In this document: one piece after another, positions 12,201 to 26,100 of the stretch | Layout of the letters: the number at the start of each line of letters is the position of its first letter | Position numbering within the stretch: the first letter of the stretch is position 1 | Assembly (NCBI GenBank): GCA_051294375.1 | Contig: CM119266.1 | Coordinates: 4,320,530-4,384,529 of the forward strand | Origin: Paraspadella gotoi | Lineage: Eukaryota > Animalia > Chaetognatha | Reading direction: 5' to 3' | Length of the DNA stretch: 64,000 nt | The notes under the pieces: model-generated | Databases searched by the model: none | What the model was told of the DNA's origin: nothing | What the model saw: only the letters and a program-made list of their open reading frames with translations | Program-made: the position numbers and the translations under genes

Positions 12201-15200
12201 ATAACCATTTGTTTCCAGATTTCAAAATGAGCAGCTGGACCAATTGCAAAATCATCTTAGCGAAATCGAAAAACAGTTGACGAATGTCCAAACCCAAAAC
12301 GAAAATAGTAAGGATTTATTAGTCGATAAAAGAAATTTTTTTTTTTCCAAAGGTTTAATTTGACCAGTAACTCGGTTATTACTTAATATCGTGTGAAATT
12401 AGGAGCTCTGCAGATCGAAATTACGAATGAATTCTCAATTATTTTTTCTTGTCCGATTTATATTAAACAGCTACTAAGACCGCTCATGAAGCACAGAAAA
12501 ACGAAAAGCGAGCTCTGGAAAAGGAGCATGAAGCCCTCGCCGCGAAAAGTCTATTAGAAGAAGAATTAGACGCCAAGGTGTGCCCTTAAAAATACCCTAG
12601 TATGATTGACTTTACTATGATTGTTGTATGCAGTTGCTATTTTCACCATTTAACCTTCAACAGAACGCCCTGCTAAAGCGAAAAACGGCGGAATTGGCCG
12701 CCGCTTGCGAGAAACATTACCATCTCGAGCAAGAATTGGCGTTTTTCAAAATCGACGCCAAGTTCGACAAATTAGGACGAGAACCGTCTCATCCGGACAC
12801 CGACGAGAGTCTGGCAAGCGTAGCCGGCGAGAGTCCGTATGTGGGGAAAGGACAATTCTCGGAAAAGCGGAGACAAAGGGAAAAAGCGAGAAGGAGACTC
12901 GCCGAGGAATTCGATAAGAAGTAAGAATGAAAAAAAAGGAAAGATTACCGAATTGAGTGGTCCTGTTAAACATTGGGAGGGTATATGACTAATTGACCAG
13001 CTATTTTCTGAAGATTATTAGTCACACTTATAAAATTCTTTTAGTACCGACAACGGAACCACAGCGGAAAGAACGAAACACGAAAATGTGTTGGATGACA
13101 TGATATCGAGAAAAAAGAATGAACTGAAAGATCTGGAAGATTCGTACAGAAAACGAAAAGATAAATTGGGAACTGCTACGACTCGACTGAGCCAAGTTGA
13201 AAAGCGTCTGGATCAAGCGAAGAAACAAATTAAACTCATGGGAAACGGAATTGAAAAGTTGACGGGAAAATCAATCACCGGTCCCCGCGACCTCACTCAC
13301 GAATTACAATTGCAACAGAAGGTAAGTTTGTAGGCTAGCTGTGAAGAATAGAGAAAGGTTCTCATCACGTTTTCCAACTTTCAGAAAGTTCACGATTTGC
13401 GAAAAGATCACGAGGAATTACAGGAAGAGCAAGAAGAACGTGAAAAAATAATGAAGAATTTAGAATTGAGAATCCGAGATATGAGCGAAGATCATGATCG
13501 TTGCAATCAAGGGGATTTGGAATATGGGAGAATAAAGGTGACTAATTAGTTTAATTAGTTAATTGCATTACGTGGTGGTATTTATTAAATAGAGACTTTT
13601 TAGGTTCAAATGGAAAATGAAGAAATGCAACTAATGGAAGAAAGGAAACATTTGGCTCAAACACAGGAAAAATTGGAAAGAAACTTAGCAATTTTAATAA
13701 AGGAGTCTCAGAAACTGCAAAAACTTCAACAAGTTTTTGAAGAAAAATCCAAAGGTAACCTTCTCTTTATATTTAAAAGTATATGAATAATAATAATATA
13801 CATTAAATGAATTATAATAGGTAATACTGATGATGATGATATAAAGAACGAGTTGGACTCAATTATCACTGGACTAAGTGAATATCTTGACAGACAACAA
13901 GAACTGGAACTTGATCAGAAAAAGGAAAATTCTGATCAGCAACAAGAAAATGCGAGACTTCAACGAGAGTTAAGCGAATTGAAAAGTAAGAACTTTCAAC
14001 CCAAATTCGTATAATTTGTTTTTATCAAATAGAATGAAAATGACCCTGTGTTCGCATTTTTTTTTAGACCTTTCAAAATCGTCAGAAACGAAAATACAAA
14101 CGTTGACTAAAGAATTGACCGATGCCAAAAATGTAATCGAGGACGTTTCGAAAGTTAACGAAGACTTGAAATTCAAAGCCAATCAGGGTAACTCTCAAGC
14201 ACAATTGGAAACTCTCCAAGAAAGTTGGAATCAAGAACGAAAAATATTACGAGACAGATTAAATGAAGCTCAAAGCAGCGAACAAATTCAAAGAAGAAGA
14301 ATCGAAGAAGATAAAAAATATTTAGATGAAAAGAATCGGGATTTAACGATTCAAGTTCAATCTTTAAATCACGAACTGTCTCAATATAGATTTAACCAAC
14401 AGAAAAGCCAAGACGACATCGTCAACATAATGAACTCGATCATCTATTCTACGTCAGACGTCGCTCATCCAGATGTCTTCGCTCGCCTCCAACAGCCATT
14501 GCAGGAACCAATGAAACGCTTGCACCAAATCGTAACTGAAGCCAAAGATGAGTGTGAAAAAGCGACGAGAACGAAATCTGAATTGGCATCGCTCGAATCG
14601 ACTTGGAAAGGGGAGTTTGCCAAATCGGAATCTGCGGCCAAAGCCATTGAGGAGCAACTCCGCGTCGCTGTAGAGAATTCTCGCGTCATGAAAACCAAGT
14701 TCGAGGAGGAGAGAGAGGAGTGGAAGAATCGAGCCGCGAATTACGAGATGGAGTTGCGGCGTTTGAAGAAAGAACCCAACGTTCCGTCCCCAGAGGGCGT
14801 CGTCAAGAGTCACTCGAGAGAAACGGGAACCAGCGGGGTTTTCTCGTCCACGGATTTGCCGACGGAAATGGAAAACCCAGGAAAAGAAAGAGAATCGGCG
14901 GAGATGACGGCCGCGTTGAGCGAGTTGAGAGATCAAGTTGCCGAACTTAAGGATCGATTGATGAAGAGAAGCCAAGTTGGAGATCGAGTCGTCGAACAGA
15001 AAGATCGAAGAACGAGGAACGACGCTAAATATAGACGTGGAGACGAGAGAAGAGACGAAACCCCGAATCCAACTTCAGATTCTAGAGAAGATGAGACGGA
15101 CGATGGAATTCGACCGGAAGGCGATTCTCGGAACCGGAATAAAGCGAGATCCTTCAAGGGACGGAAGTTGAAAAGCTCGAGGGAATCGATGGGAAGCGAA

Positions 15201-16223
15201 AAGACTCGGTTATACGAAACGGAAATCGAAGATTTAACTTTATTGATAAGACAAAGAGAAAAGGAAATTGAAAGTTTACAAACGGCGATGGAAAAAGAAA
15301 AGATCGAAAGGGAACGACACGTCGATGAAGATCGACAAGGATCGGATTTAAGACGATGTCAGGTAATGCGTTGAAAATAGAAAATAGCATACTTTATTTA
15401 AATCTAAATAAATTCAAATTAATTTAATCTTTTAATCTGTAACGCATCGCTCGTTTAGCTTTGCTTCGACGTTATCGAACGGTGGGACGCCCATGCGCCG
15501 GAATGCAATGGCCGTCATAGAGGAACTGTTCAAAGCCAAACGAGCCTAAAATCTTTGCCAGGTAAATAAATATTTACCACGATCGTACATCATACTATTT
15601 ATAGACTAGATTCCCTAATTGCCACACATGTTACAGATCTACATCCTCAATACTCGTCCACGCCAAACGTGGCTACGAACTTCATCGCCAACCGTCACGT
15701 TCAGAAATCACATATTTTGACGCGCGCGGGCGACGAGATGGGATCGCTCGCGCCCTCGAGAGGTGCGCCCACCACGCGCGTCATCGTCAACGTGGGTTCG
15801 CCGATTCGTAAAGAAGAAAAGATTCGGCCGACGAGAGTTTACTTCGACAACTTTGACGACGACGACGACCATGGCGACAACGTCGGAATCGAAGATAATC
15901 TTCCCGAGACGATCGTCCGAGACTTTCCCGTCCATCATGACCCGGATGAGATAAAGGAGACGCTCGACATCCGGGGTCGAGGAAGAACCCGCGACAAAGA
16001 AAACTTGGCAGAGAAGACTCGGAGAAAAGCGTCGAACAAAAGAAAACTTCGAATGGAATTGGAGAAAAAAACTGAGAGACTAAGAAGCATCGAGTCTGAC
16101 TTGAATTACAGGCGTAGGAGTTTGGATCGACTTCTGCAGGAAGAGGCTTTTTTAAAAGCTAATCGGGAAGGAACGAGAAAATCTTTGAAGGAGATTAACG
16201 ACGCTTTGTCTTTGAATGATTGA
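9258..16223 (+). CDS. CNTRL: Centriolin-like protein (N-terminal LRRs plus coiled coil), ~15 exons, ~1,380 aa
   Basis: Exons approx. 9258-9578, 10771-10825, 10939-11104, 11422-11616, 11942-12142, 12220-12307, 12471-12577, 12664-12920, 13044-13321, 13385-13537, 13604-13753, 13821-14008, 14069-15362, 15459-15561, 15637-16223. The motifs GVRYITEELIKK...GGKKIRFIENL, the SDS22-type LRRs and LLKRKTAELAAACEKHYHLEQELAFFKIDAKF match centriolin. Confidence 0.88.
9661..10586. mobile_element. Tc1/mariner-type MITE (~930 bp) in CNTRL intron 1
   Basis: 29-bp TIR CCATGATGGAAAAAAAAAGTGTCGCGGTT at both ends, flanked by TA on each side. No ORF. Confidence 0.85.
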
Positions 16224-16691
16224 AAATTGGGATTTGCCCGAAATCCGGATTAACTTATTTTTATACACGAGTTTTGTTCGATGTTAAAATCGGTTTATGT
16301 TAATGTTTTTTTAACGATTGTCTCACAACTGATTATTGTTAACTGTTAAACCACTATGGTTGATAGAACGTTACTATACGTATTATTTATTTATTACTAA
16401 TTTTATTAAGAGATGTTGACGAATTTAGTCTCAAGAGAGAAACTGCAGGACTTGTAGATTGACAAAAAATGAGAGGCAAATAGCTAACTCCTAATCTACC
16501 GATCAATTTAAAAGAAAAAAATATTTTTTTAAACGTCATTAAATAGGATTTGTATTTTTTTCTCTCGAACAAACTCGTAGAAAACGTTCAAGTATCTTCG
16601 TTTATTTCGAAAGTAGAAAGATTAAAAAAAAATATCAGTAAAAATAATCCGAAATTAAAAACTTTAGAAAGTAACAGAGTTTGTTTGTGTT

Positions 16692-17225
16692 TCAATCATC
16701 GCTTCTATTCATGGGTTGAGACTCGATCGGCGCGTCCTCCGGTACGGAACTCTTCACCTCCGCCGCCGACGGGTCTGCACCCCCGAAGTCCTCACCCCGC
16801 ATATCTTTAGGAAGGCATCTCCCGCAGCAACAATTGCAGCACATGCAACAGCAAAAGCAGCAGTAGCAACAAGTGAGGATGCCGCAGCAGAGGATGAAGG
16901 CTTTGGTCCAGGGGTTCATGAGTTTGCAGTAGAGATCCGCCCGTTCCGGTCCGAACATGTCGGAAAAGTAGAGGCCCATGCTGCCGTACTGGTCGTACAC
17001 TTGACGCTGCGCATCATCGGACAGAATGGAATAAGCGCGGGCGATCTCTTTGAACCGTTCCTCGGCGGTCGGGTCGCCGGGATTTTTGTCCGGGTGATGT
17101 CTCAGCGCCAATCTGCGGTAGGCGCGTCGGATTTCCTCGGGTGACGCGCGTTTGTCCACGCCAAGGATGGCGTAGAGGCTTTGGCCCTCCGTGGAGAGCT
17201 TTCGCTCCCGCCCGCCAGAGTTCAT
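16692..17225 (-). CDS. DNAJC5: Cysteine string protein (DnaJ subfamily C member 5-like), single coding exon, 177 aa
   Basis: [23 protein letters not shown]-domain with HPD (HHPDKNP), [10 protein letters not shown] linker and cysteine string [25 protein letters not shown]. Confidence 0.95.
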   Translation of the reverse strand: MNSGGRERKLSTEGQSLYAILGVDKRASPEEIRRAYRRLALRHHPDKNPGDPTAEERFKEIARAYSILSDDAQRQVYDQYGSMGLYFSDMFGPERADLYCKLMNPWTKAFILCCGILTCCYCCFCCCMCCNCCCGRCLPKDMRGEDFGGADPSAAEVKSSVPEDAPIESQPMNRSDD

Positions 17226-17925
17226 CGCGGAATCAAGAGTCGTTCGCTCCACAACATTGTTAAAAATTTAAAATGTTTTTAACGTCGCGCGTTTCGACTT
17301 CGCGCTCAGCGTTTTAAGCGATATATATCTTGATACATCAATTCAATAATGAAGAAAAAACTAACAAGCTGGGTTAGATCCAACATACTTTCTTAAATAT
17401 TTTCTTACTTTTAAATAAATAACGAATTTTCATAAAATTTGAATATTCGAATCATACCATTTATTTATTTATTTATTTATTTATTTATCAAACATTGTTG
17501 GATCAATCTCATTAAACCAATAATGTATGTAGACATAAAATAAACACTTAAAATTATCAAGGTAAAATAATAAGGTTATAAAGATATCACAAATATTTAA
17601 ATGATAGTCGTTTTTGAGTTATAAATTCCAGAAATCGTTACTCAGGTAATATCAAAAATTGAATACATCAAATCAACAATATATAGATTGTTATTCAAGA
17701 ATAAATTAATGTTCAAAAGGAAACTTGAAAAATAACCGTTTGACTAAAATGTCATGTCAAAAATCAAAAATATTTTGACATAATCAGGATCAACTTTTTC
17801 GTCCAGATTGTCATTGTCGATCGCTTAGTTCGATGTTTTGGTTCGGTCAATAATATCGATGAGAGTCTAAACAAGTTTGTTAACCTTACCCATTCCCTTG
17901 GTAAGGGTAAGGGTCCCTTTGCCCT

Positions 17926-20900
17926 CTAATCGTCGTCGTCGTCGTCCTCTCCGTACATCCTAATCGGAACGAGACCGACTCCAACGCCACCTTCGTGATT
18001 AATCATCGGATCTACGACGTCCCATCGATCCGTCTCGGGATCGTAGCACTCCATCGAATTCAAATTGTTCTCTCCATCGTAACCTAAGAGTTAAGACTCA
18101 TCGCGTGAAACTTACCAAGTATCTTCGTCGTCAAATCTCTCGTCAAATAACTTACCTCCGATGGCGTAGAGTTTTCCGCAATTGACGATGATGGCGACGC
18201 GAGATCTTTTGAAATTCATCGGAGCCACGTAAGTCCAAGTGTTGGAGGATGGGTCCAGCGTCTCTACGCTGCAGAGAAATTTGGAGCCATCGTAGCCTCC
18301 GGCGCAGAAGAGACGACCGTGTAGCACGGCGCAGCCGAGGCGACACCTGACAATATTGGCAAGCGATAATTTCTATTAATTTATTCGCTTCGGTCAAAAC
18401 AAATAATGATTCACGAATCAAGTGATAAGATTTATAATTAATTTGAAATTTTATGACTTCGTTCGTAAGCCCCCCCCCCACCCAGAATGTAACTCCCGAC
18501 ATAATTCTTTAACAATTGTCACCTTTTCTCGAGCATCGGCGGCACCGACGTCCACTTTCCTGTAGATGGCGTGAACTTTTCCACGGAGAAGAAAATCTGA
18601 AGTCCGTCGTGTCCGCCGGCGACGTAGATGTCGTTTTCGAAGACGGCGACGCCGGCGGCCGATCGCGGACGAGACATTGGTGAGAGGAGTCTCCACACGT
18701 TCTCCTTGAATCGATCACGAAATTGAGCTCTTGTCTTCATAAAACTCTCCTTCTTGGCTCGCCCATTTATATAGTATGTCTAAATTTTTAGTATATTTAC
18801 ACTTACTGGGACTTCAGTCTAGATTGATACGAAGAACGTGTAATAATAACCCAACTAAAACCTCTCGCGTAATAAAATAATTGATCCTAGTAAAATACTC
18901 GTCTTTTAGCCCACAATTCCAAAGACAAGCTTGTCTTCTGAAGAACTAACATGTTAGTAAAACGGTTAATTTCAGAAGTATCACCCTACTATAAAATCCG
19001 TGTAGTTATTTCCACAATCCTATTACATCCAACCTCACCTTAGGACTAAAGACTTCCACTGAATCCAACGACGTTTGTCCATCGTATCCTCCGCAGACGT
19101 AGATCTTGGAAGAGTAAGCGATGGCGCCGAGCGCCGATCTCTTCGAGTTCATCGGCGCCACTTTGTTCCACGAATCCGCGTCGGGGTCAAAGGCTTCGAC
19201 GCTGGAGAGTCGCTCCCGCCCGTCGTAACCTCCGACGGCGTAGAGCAATCGATCGAGGACGGCCACGCCCACTCGGGATCGTTGCGTCGACATCGGCGAG
19301 GACATTCGCCATCGGCGAGTCAACGGGTCGTACATCTCGACGGTCGAGAGGGAATCGCCCGTCGACGCGAGGCCTGAGACAAAATTGAGGGAGAAAATGA
19401 AAGAAGATGATGACAGAAAATTGGGTCGTTGAGGCCGAAAATTTAGGGGAAAAGAAATGAGAAATGAAGAGCGAGTGAAGTGACGATGAATGTAAAATGA
19501 AAGGAAATCAAGGGAAGGACGAAGGGAGAATAAAGAAAGAATTAGAGAAAATTGGGGCAAAAAAAAAAAAAGGATAATTCTTATTTCAAAGGGAACCCGT
19601 TCTTTTAACGTACGTAGAAGAATGAAATTAAAAGACTTAAGTAAATTGTCTCAAATAATATTTATTCTCACCGCCGACGGCATAAGTGTATCCGAGGACA
19701 TCGAAGCAACATCTGGGTCGAGTTCTGAACGTATGAAGTCGAGGCCGTCGTTCGGGCATCAAGTGATAATCTATCAAAATTAGGATTCGAGACGCGACTT
19801 TTTTTTCGTCAAAGACAAAAATGCAAAAGAAAAAGTGGAACCTTTAGCTTCGTCCAAAAGATCGCGACAATCCAGAGATTCGTGAACGAGATCGTCTTTG
19901 GCCACGACGTCTGTCAGGTAAGCGGGACTGAGTCCAAAAACGAGATTTGCCATCAATTAGGACCGAGTTGTGGTCATTCTCTTATCGATTCCATGATTTT
20001 AAACAAACCCGTACCTTAGCAACGGGAGTCTGACGAGGACGAGAAGATCTTTGAGCAAACTCTGCCGACTTTCGACGTCGTATCGCGTCCACTTCATGGC
20101 GGCGGTGAAGACGACCTCTTCCGACGAGACGTGGAGATCGTCTCGACTCAAGATGGCGCTAACGTCGGAGAAATCGAGAGACAGAAACTCTTCGTGTCGA
20201 ACGACCTTGAAAAGGGAATAAGGAAATAAGACAAATACTGAGCTCGTTTAAAGTACAATATAGTAGTGCCCGATCTAATAATAAGGGGATCCTTTTATAC
20301 AATCGAGACATACTGAAATGTTATATCACTTCATTTATAGGGGAGTCAGGTTCTCTGGATGTGAATAAACCAGACTGTGAGATAGTCTTGATTGAAAGCT
20401 TGCGGGCACTGCAGGGTCTTGCTATGAAATTCTTTTGTGAGAGGTATGGCAGTCCTGAACCCACCATAGCCTGTCCAAAGTCATGGGCAAGACAGCTTAT
20501 TTATAAAATGAATGGATAATTGTACCAATTTCATAAAATTATTAGAGGACTTGACTTGTCCAACATTAAACTGACCTGAGGGAAGTGCTTAGTGATAAAT
20601 TTGTTAGCGGCGTCGACGAGGGACTTGCAGTGATGCTGATCACCGAAAGATCGAAACCCGACGACGTTGCGAGGATGAAGTCGAGCGACGAGGAAATCGC
20701 AACAAGCGTCTTTCACTTTCTGTCGCCGGGGTTAATGATTCAATATTTAAATAATAATACAAGGAAATACTAGTTAATAAAGATTGACTTTTCGTATTGG
20801 ACAATATTGAACCGTTGTTGGTTGTACAAATTTTATAACTTACAGCTCCTTGAATTTTGAAGCTAGTACTCTTCCTTGATTTACTTCTTTGGGTAACAGT

Positions 20901-22250
20901 TCTATCAGCGATGAGAGAGTACTTTGGAATTCTTGTTATGGTATAATCTTGTAAGAGGAATGAATGCTTTTCCCAACCATAGCCTATCAAAAGTCACGAC
21001 TGATTTATTTATTTATTAAATAATTTGTAGGACGAACTCTCGTAGTTCGTAGCTCCTTTTGTTATAATTCTATTGATATGTTAGAGAGAGCAAAGAATTT
21101 TGAATTTAACAACGATTTTTTTATTAGTAGTTGGACATGTTTCGGCTTGCTTATTTCAAGCCTTCATCACCTATGAACAACGAAAAAGAAAGGATTAACG
21201 CATCATATTGATATGTTTTAATTATATTTTCCTTTCATACAGATTGTGATAATATTAATTAGCCATCGTCAGGGTTTAGTATTAGTTTCGTGTTTTTGTT
21301 GCCCGTATGTCATTCTATATGCATTCCATATGCGTTATGTCATTGAATAGGCTGAGCTTACAGGAGAGGTCATTGCGATTCTGATTGTATTCCGATGCTT
21401 GCTTTTGCTTATCACCAGATCAGGATCATACTTGATCCCAAAGACTTGCGTTTCATGAGACTTACTTTGAGATTGAGATAAGAAGCTCCGACGAGAATCG
21501 ATTGGACGTTGGACATCGTGATATCGATTTTTCCGCTGTAAGCGAAACCAATGAGATCCTCCATGGCGTCCGGCTCGATGCTCGAAATGGTCACCTTGAC
21601 ACCAACACTGGATTGTAACTACTTATGGCCAAAGGACATTCAACAAAACCAAGTTTGTTCGAATCGATCATGCGACATTCGTGAATAAAGGCAATATATA
21701 CGTATATATAATTCTGTCGTTTATAACTAAATAAGGTAACTAATTATACGAAATGCTATAAACTCGTGAAACTTTACCAGTGCGCTAAATCGACATGATC
21801 TTTGCAGTTTGAGCCCCATTTCTTTTAAGGGCTTTTCTCAAAAATGTCAAGAACCTACCTCTTCTTGCTTCGCTTCCCGCATGTCGTTAAGAAACATGGC
21901 GTGAAAGTAAGGCACTGTGGCAGCGAGTACGATTCTATGAGCTAAAATTCGCTGCGACCCCACCTAGGGGCGGAATAAGGAAATTTAATAAAACCCGACT
22001 CTAGAATTGAGTAATGAGACTACAATTTTCATAGAAAACTATTTCATTCATGTACGACTTAAATATCTCTTCAAATACATATCGTATGTGGAAGTACGAG
22101 CGACATTATTTATTAAGAAAAGGCTTTTACCTTGATCACAACGTCGCACAACTTTTGGGATTTTAAGATTTGTTCCATGACTGGATAACCTTCCAAAGGC
22201 AGCTCCTTCTCACAAAATTTGTAACTCGCTTCACGAGAAGAATCATCCAT
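17926..22250 (-). CDS. KLHL18: Kelch-like protein 18 (BTB-BACK-6xKelch), 11 exons
   Basis: BTB ([32 protein letters not shown]), [22 protein letters not shown]...FRTRPRCC and kelch repeats including [13 protein letters not shown] and the terminal HEGGVGVG, typical of KLHL18. Splice phases are consistent. Confidence 0.93.
21095..21205 (-). mobile_element. Penelope-like remnant with a degenerate minimal hammerhead ribozyme core, in a KLHL18 intron
   Basis: Minus strand gTGATGA-AGGCTTG-aaataag-CAAGCC-GAAA-CATGTC (first core C missing), followed by AATAAA..TCGTTG. The family tail ACAACGAAAAAGAAAGGATT lies on the opposite strand. Confidence 0.6.
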
Positions 22251-23191
22251 TTTTTCTTCGAAATCACATTTAGTTTGTAATGACTAAAATAGTTCAAAGT
22301 TGTTCTCACTATAGCAGGGTCATTTCTAACTTGAACATGAACATTTCTAAAGTTTTAACTGCAACGAAGCAAACTTCACTTTAAATAATAACGAACAAAA
22401 AATATTGGGTTAGAGCTATATTGTCTATTTTACATACGATTTCGAAATCAAAGCTAGGAACTGTTAACAACGATTTTTAAATTCGATGAACTGAAAATGA
22501 AAAAAAAAAACACATTTTGTAGCATGTACATACATAAACAAATTAAATTTTTTTTGAAATTTTTTTCTGTTGGGTGTTCCTGGTATCCTGTATAGCGAAG
22601 AAAATGGATTAACAAAATATTTTAAATTAGCACGAATAATCTGCTTTAAGTAATACTAGCTTTCGCATGACTTTTGCAATACAATTTAAAATTTTTAAAT
22701 GAATTTAGCGTTTGATTAAGTCTGAATTTTGGCGAATGTAGTTCTACGAAGAAATACAAGAGAATAATGTACACGAAAAGATGAATAATATGAACCGCGA
22801 TGGTGGGAAGGTGGCATTTTGGTCAAAAATTCCAAAACTCTGTCCAAGAGAATCAAAAGTCAACCGCATTCACTATCACACTGAATGCCTTTTTTTAGCA
22901 AACTTCCATTGATTCCGATCCGAATATTTAAAAAGTTTTTTATCGAATTGCGAACAGAAAAAAAAACTGAAGTTGAGGGGGAAAAATCCTGTTAATTAAA
23001 CGGATTACGAAGAAGTCAAAAACACAGATATCATATTCCAATTAAACGCAGGAAACAGCTGAAGCCGAAATTAAAAAAAAAGAACGAAAATTGAAAAACA
23101 AAACTTTTGAAATAATACAAACCTTGAAGAAAGTCTTACCAAAAAAACACACAGATAGCTTACCAAAGGAGAGAGACAAGCAAATTCATAG

Positions 23192-26100
23192 TCACTGGGC
23201 CTTGTAATTGAGGGAGATCTCCTCGAACTCGGGATCGAATCCTTCGCCGCTCGTGTTGGCCTCGTCCTTGTTCTTTTTTACCTTTTTCTTCTTCTTGCTG
23301 GCGGCCAACTGGGCCTCCAACATCTCCAACTCCTTCTTGAGATCGGCCAACTTTTTCTCAGAGTCTTTGAGCTTCTTCGTCTTGGGCGGACCACTTCCTT
23401 GGGCATCTTCCTCGATCTCCTTGGCCCTCTTCCTTTCCTTCTCCCGCTTTTCCTTCTCTTTTCTCTCGGCTTCTTCCTTGGCCATCCTCTCTTCTTCCTC
23501 TTCTCTCGCTTTGGCTCTCTTCATCTGTTCCTCTCTCTCTCTTTTCGCTTTATCTTTTCTTTCTTCGATCTTTTTCTCCCTTAATCTTTTGGCTTCGGCG
23601 GCGGCGGCGGCCTTTTGCGCCTCTCTTCGTTTCGCTTCGGCTCTTTCCTCCTCCGAATCTGTGGCGTCGGATCCCCGCTTCTCCTCCGTCGGAGCTGCGG
23701 CGGCGGCGGCGTCGTCTACAGTGGTCCACCCGCTGCGAGAAAACTTTTGCGGACTCTCGGGCGCCTCTGACTTTTCTCCCTTTTCTCCTCTTTCTTTTTT
23801 CTTGTCTCCGCTGCGTCGTTTGTCTTCATGACGTCTGCTCTTCGGTTGACGCTCTTCTTCTTCGTCCGAATAAGATGAATCGGATCCTTCCCTCCTCTTT
23901 CTCTCTTCTCTCGTTCTCTGCCTCTTGTCCCAATAATCCTCTTGATCGCTCCATTCCTCTTCGTTCTTTCTACTTCGCCTCTGACTCTCTTCTCTTTTCT
24001 TCTTCCTCTTCTCCTCTTCCCCGCTGATCCCGAAGATCATTCTCTTCTCTTTCTCCTTCCAATCTTCCACCTCGTCGTTGGGTCGGCCTCTGTCCCCGTG
24101 CCATCCGCCGCGGCCACGCCCTCTGCCGCGGTGAAAGTCCGGGTCCGTCCGTCCCGTGATTTTGGCCAGACGCAATTTGTTGGTGACTCTAGGATCCGGA
24201 GGCGGCGGAGGCGGAGTCTCGCTGCGACGACGGTCTCTTTCCCGCTCCCGCTCTCTCTCTCGTTCCCTCTGCTTTTCTTTTTCCTTTTCCTTCTCTTTTT
24301 GCTTTTGTTTTTCTTTTTCCCTTTCTTCCCTTTGCCTTTCTTCCTCGCGCGCCCTCTCTTTTTCTCTTTCTTCGTCCTTTTTTCTTTCTTTTTCCTTCGG
24401 CGCTCCGACTCGACACCATCGTCCACCGATGAACTTCCAATTATCGCCGCCGACGGAAGCGTCCTCTTCGGTCGGGACTTTTTCCTTTTCGTGTTGGTCT
24501 TGATCTTTGGGGATCGCGGATTCCCTATAGAAGACGCCTTCGTACCAAGTCCCGGCGTCGTCGTACTTATTAAGAACAGACTCGCGGTCCTGCTGCGGCT
24601 GCTGCTGCTCCTCCACCGGCGCCACCGCAACTGCATCCTTTTTCGGCGGACGAGTGACTTGAAAGTCTTGTTGATCTCCTTTGACGAAAGCGGTGAAGTT
24701 CCAGCTGGGTTTCTTCGGCTCCCTCCGCTCTTCCATCTCCTGCGCCTCCGGCGTCTGCTGCTCCTCCTCCTCCTCCTCCTCCTCGCGCCACTCCTCGTCC
24801 TCCGCTTTCCCTGCCGCGGCAGCGGCGCCATCTTCGAACAACCTCGCCTTGACGGGTGATTCCGCTCTCTGCGCGACTTCTTCTTCGAAGCTGTCATTTT
24901 CGATCTGTTCCCAACTCAAGCTCTGATAAAGAAGTTCGTGCGGGACTCTGTTGACGTTGAGGCCTCCGGAGGGGAGCGGCTCCACGTGCTCCTCGACAAA
25001 CCTGTGGACGGCGTCGATGCCTCCGTCCTTGTAGAGGGTCTTGGCTCTATTCAAAACCCACTTGGTCTTGTTCCTCAGATTAACGTATTGCTCCTTGTTC
25101 AACTGCAGCATCTTGCGATCCGCGGAGACGTTGTGGGCGCCGAGCATCTTCGTCTTGTGCTCGCATTCTCTCCTCAGACTCATCAACCTCTCGAAGGCCT
25201 CCCTTCTCTGCCGAGCCAGTTCCGCCACGAGCTCCACATTTGCCCATTGACGATCGTCACGACCTTCGCCGCTGGCGACGCGGCGCTTGAGCGTCGCCCT
25301 GCGGCGTCGCTTGAAGCTGAGCCAATCCTCCTGGTCGACGCAGAACATGGTGGTCCCGACATGTCGCTCGCCCGAATGACCTGCTGTGGGGGAAGAAGCA
25401 TCATCGAAAAAATCATCGTCATACGCGCACAAAAAGTCCATGGGAATGTTCGTGGGAATATGAGGACACTCCGGCCTCATGATTTCCGCGCAGCATTGGA
25501 AGTACGGGGATTTTTCGTAAAAGAGTTCCCGGTCTTCGTCGAGCGAGGGCTTCTTGCGGGTCCATCCCAGCGGCGCCGGAACGTGGGCCTTGCGGGGCTG
25601 CGGCGGCGGAGGCAGGGCGGGCAGCGGGGACCCGGGTTTCGTCGTCTCTAACCATTTGATCTTGGGATTCTTCGGTTTCGCCTCGACTTCTGCTGCCGCC
25701 GCTGTCGCCGCCGTCGCAGCTGCCGCATTGGCCTCCTCCGCCGACTCGGTCCGCTGACGCGGCGCGGAAGAAGATTCCGCCGCCGCCGCCCGATCGAAGG
25801 GCGTCGATTTGACCTGCGGGATCGAACGACTCGGTTGGTATTGATTCAAGTTGACGTTGACTTTGATTCCATCGTCGTCGTCGGAATCCGATTCGGTCTC
25901 GTCCTTCGCTTCTCCTTCTTCCTCTTCATCCAAATTATCCAAATCGATCTCGTCCGGATTTTTCTCTCTCTCTTTCCTCTCCGCCTCGCGTTTCTCCGCA
26001 GCGGCCTTTTCCTTCTCCGCCGCGGCGTCCGCGGCTGGCGTGGCATCCTCGCCGCTAATGCCCAGCTCGGCCTGCAGCTGGGGCAGTTCCCGTTCCACCA

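Noticed and set aside
20320-20515. Possible intronic snoRNA or structured RNA in KLHL18
   Set aside because: A few hairpins but no convincing C/D or H/ACA boxes.
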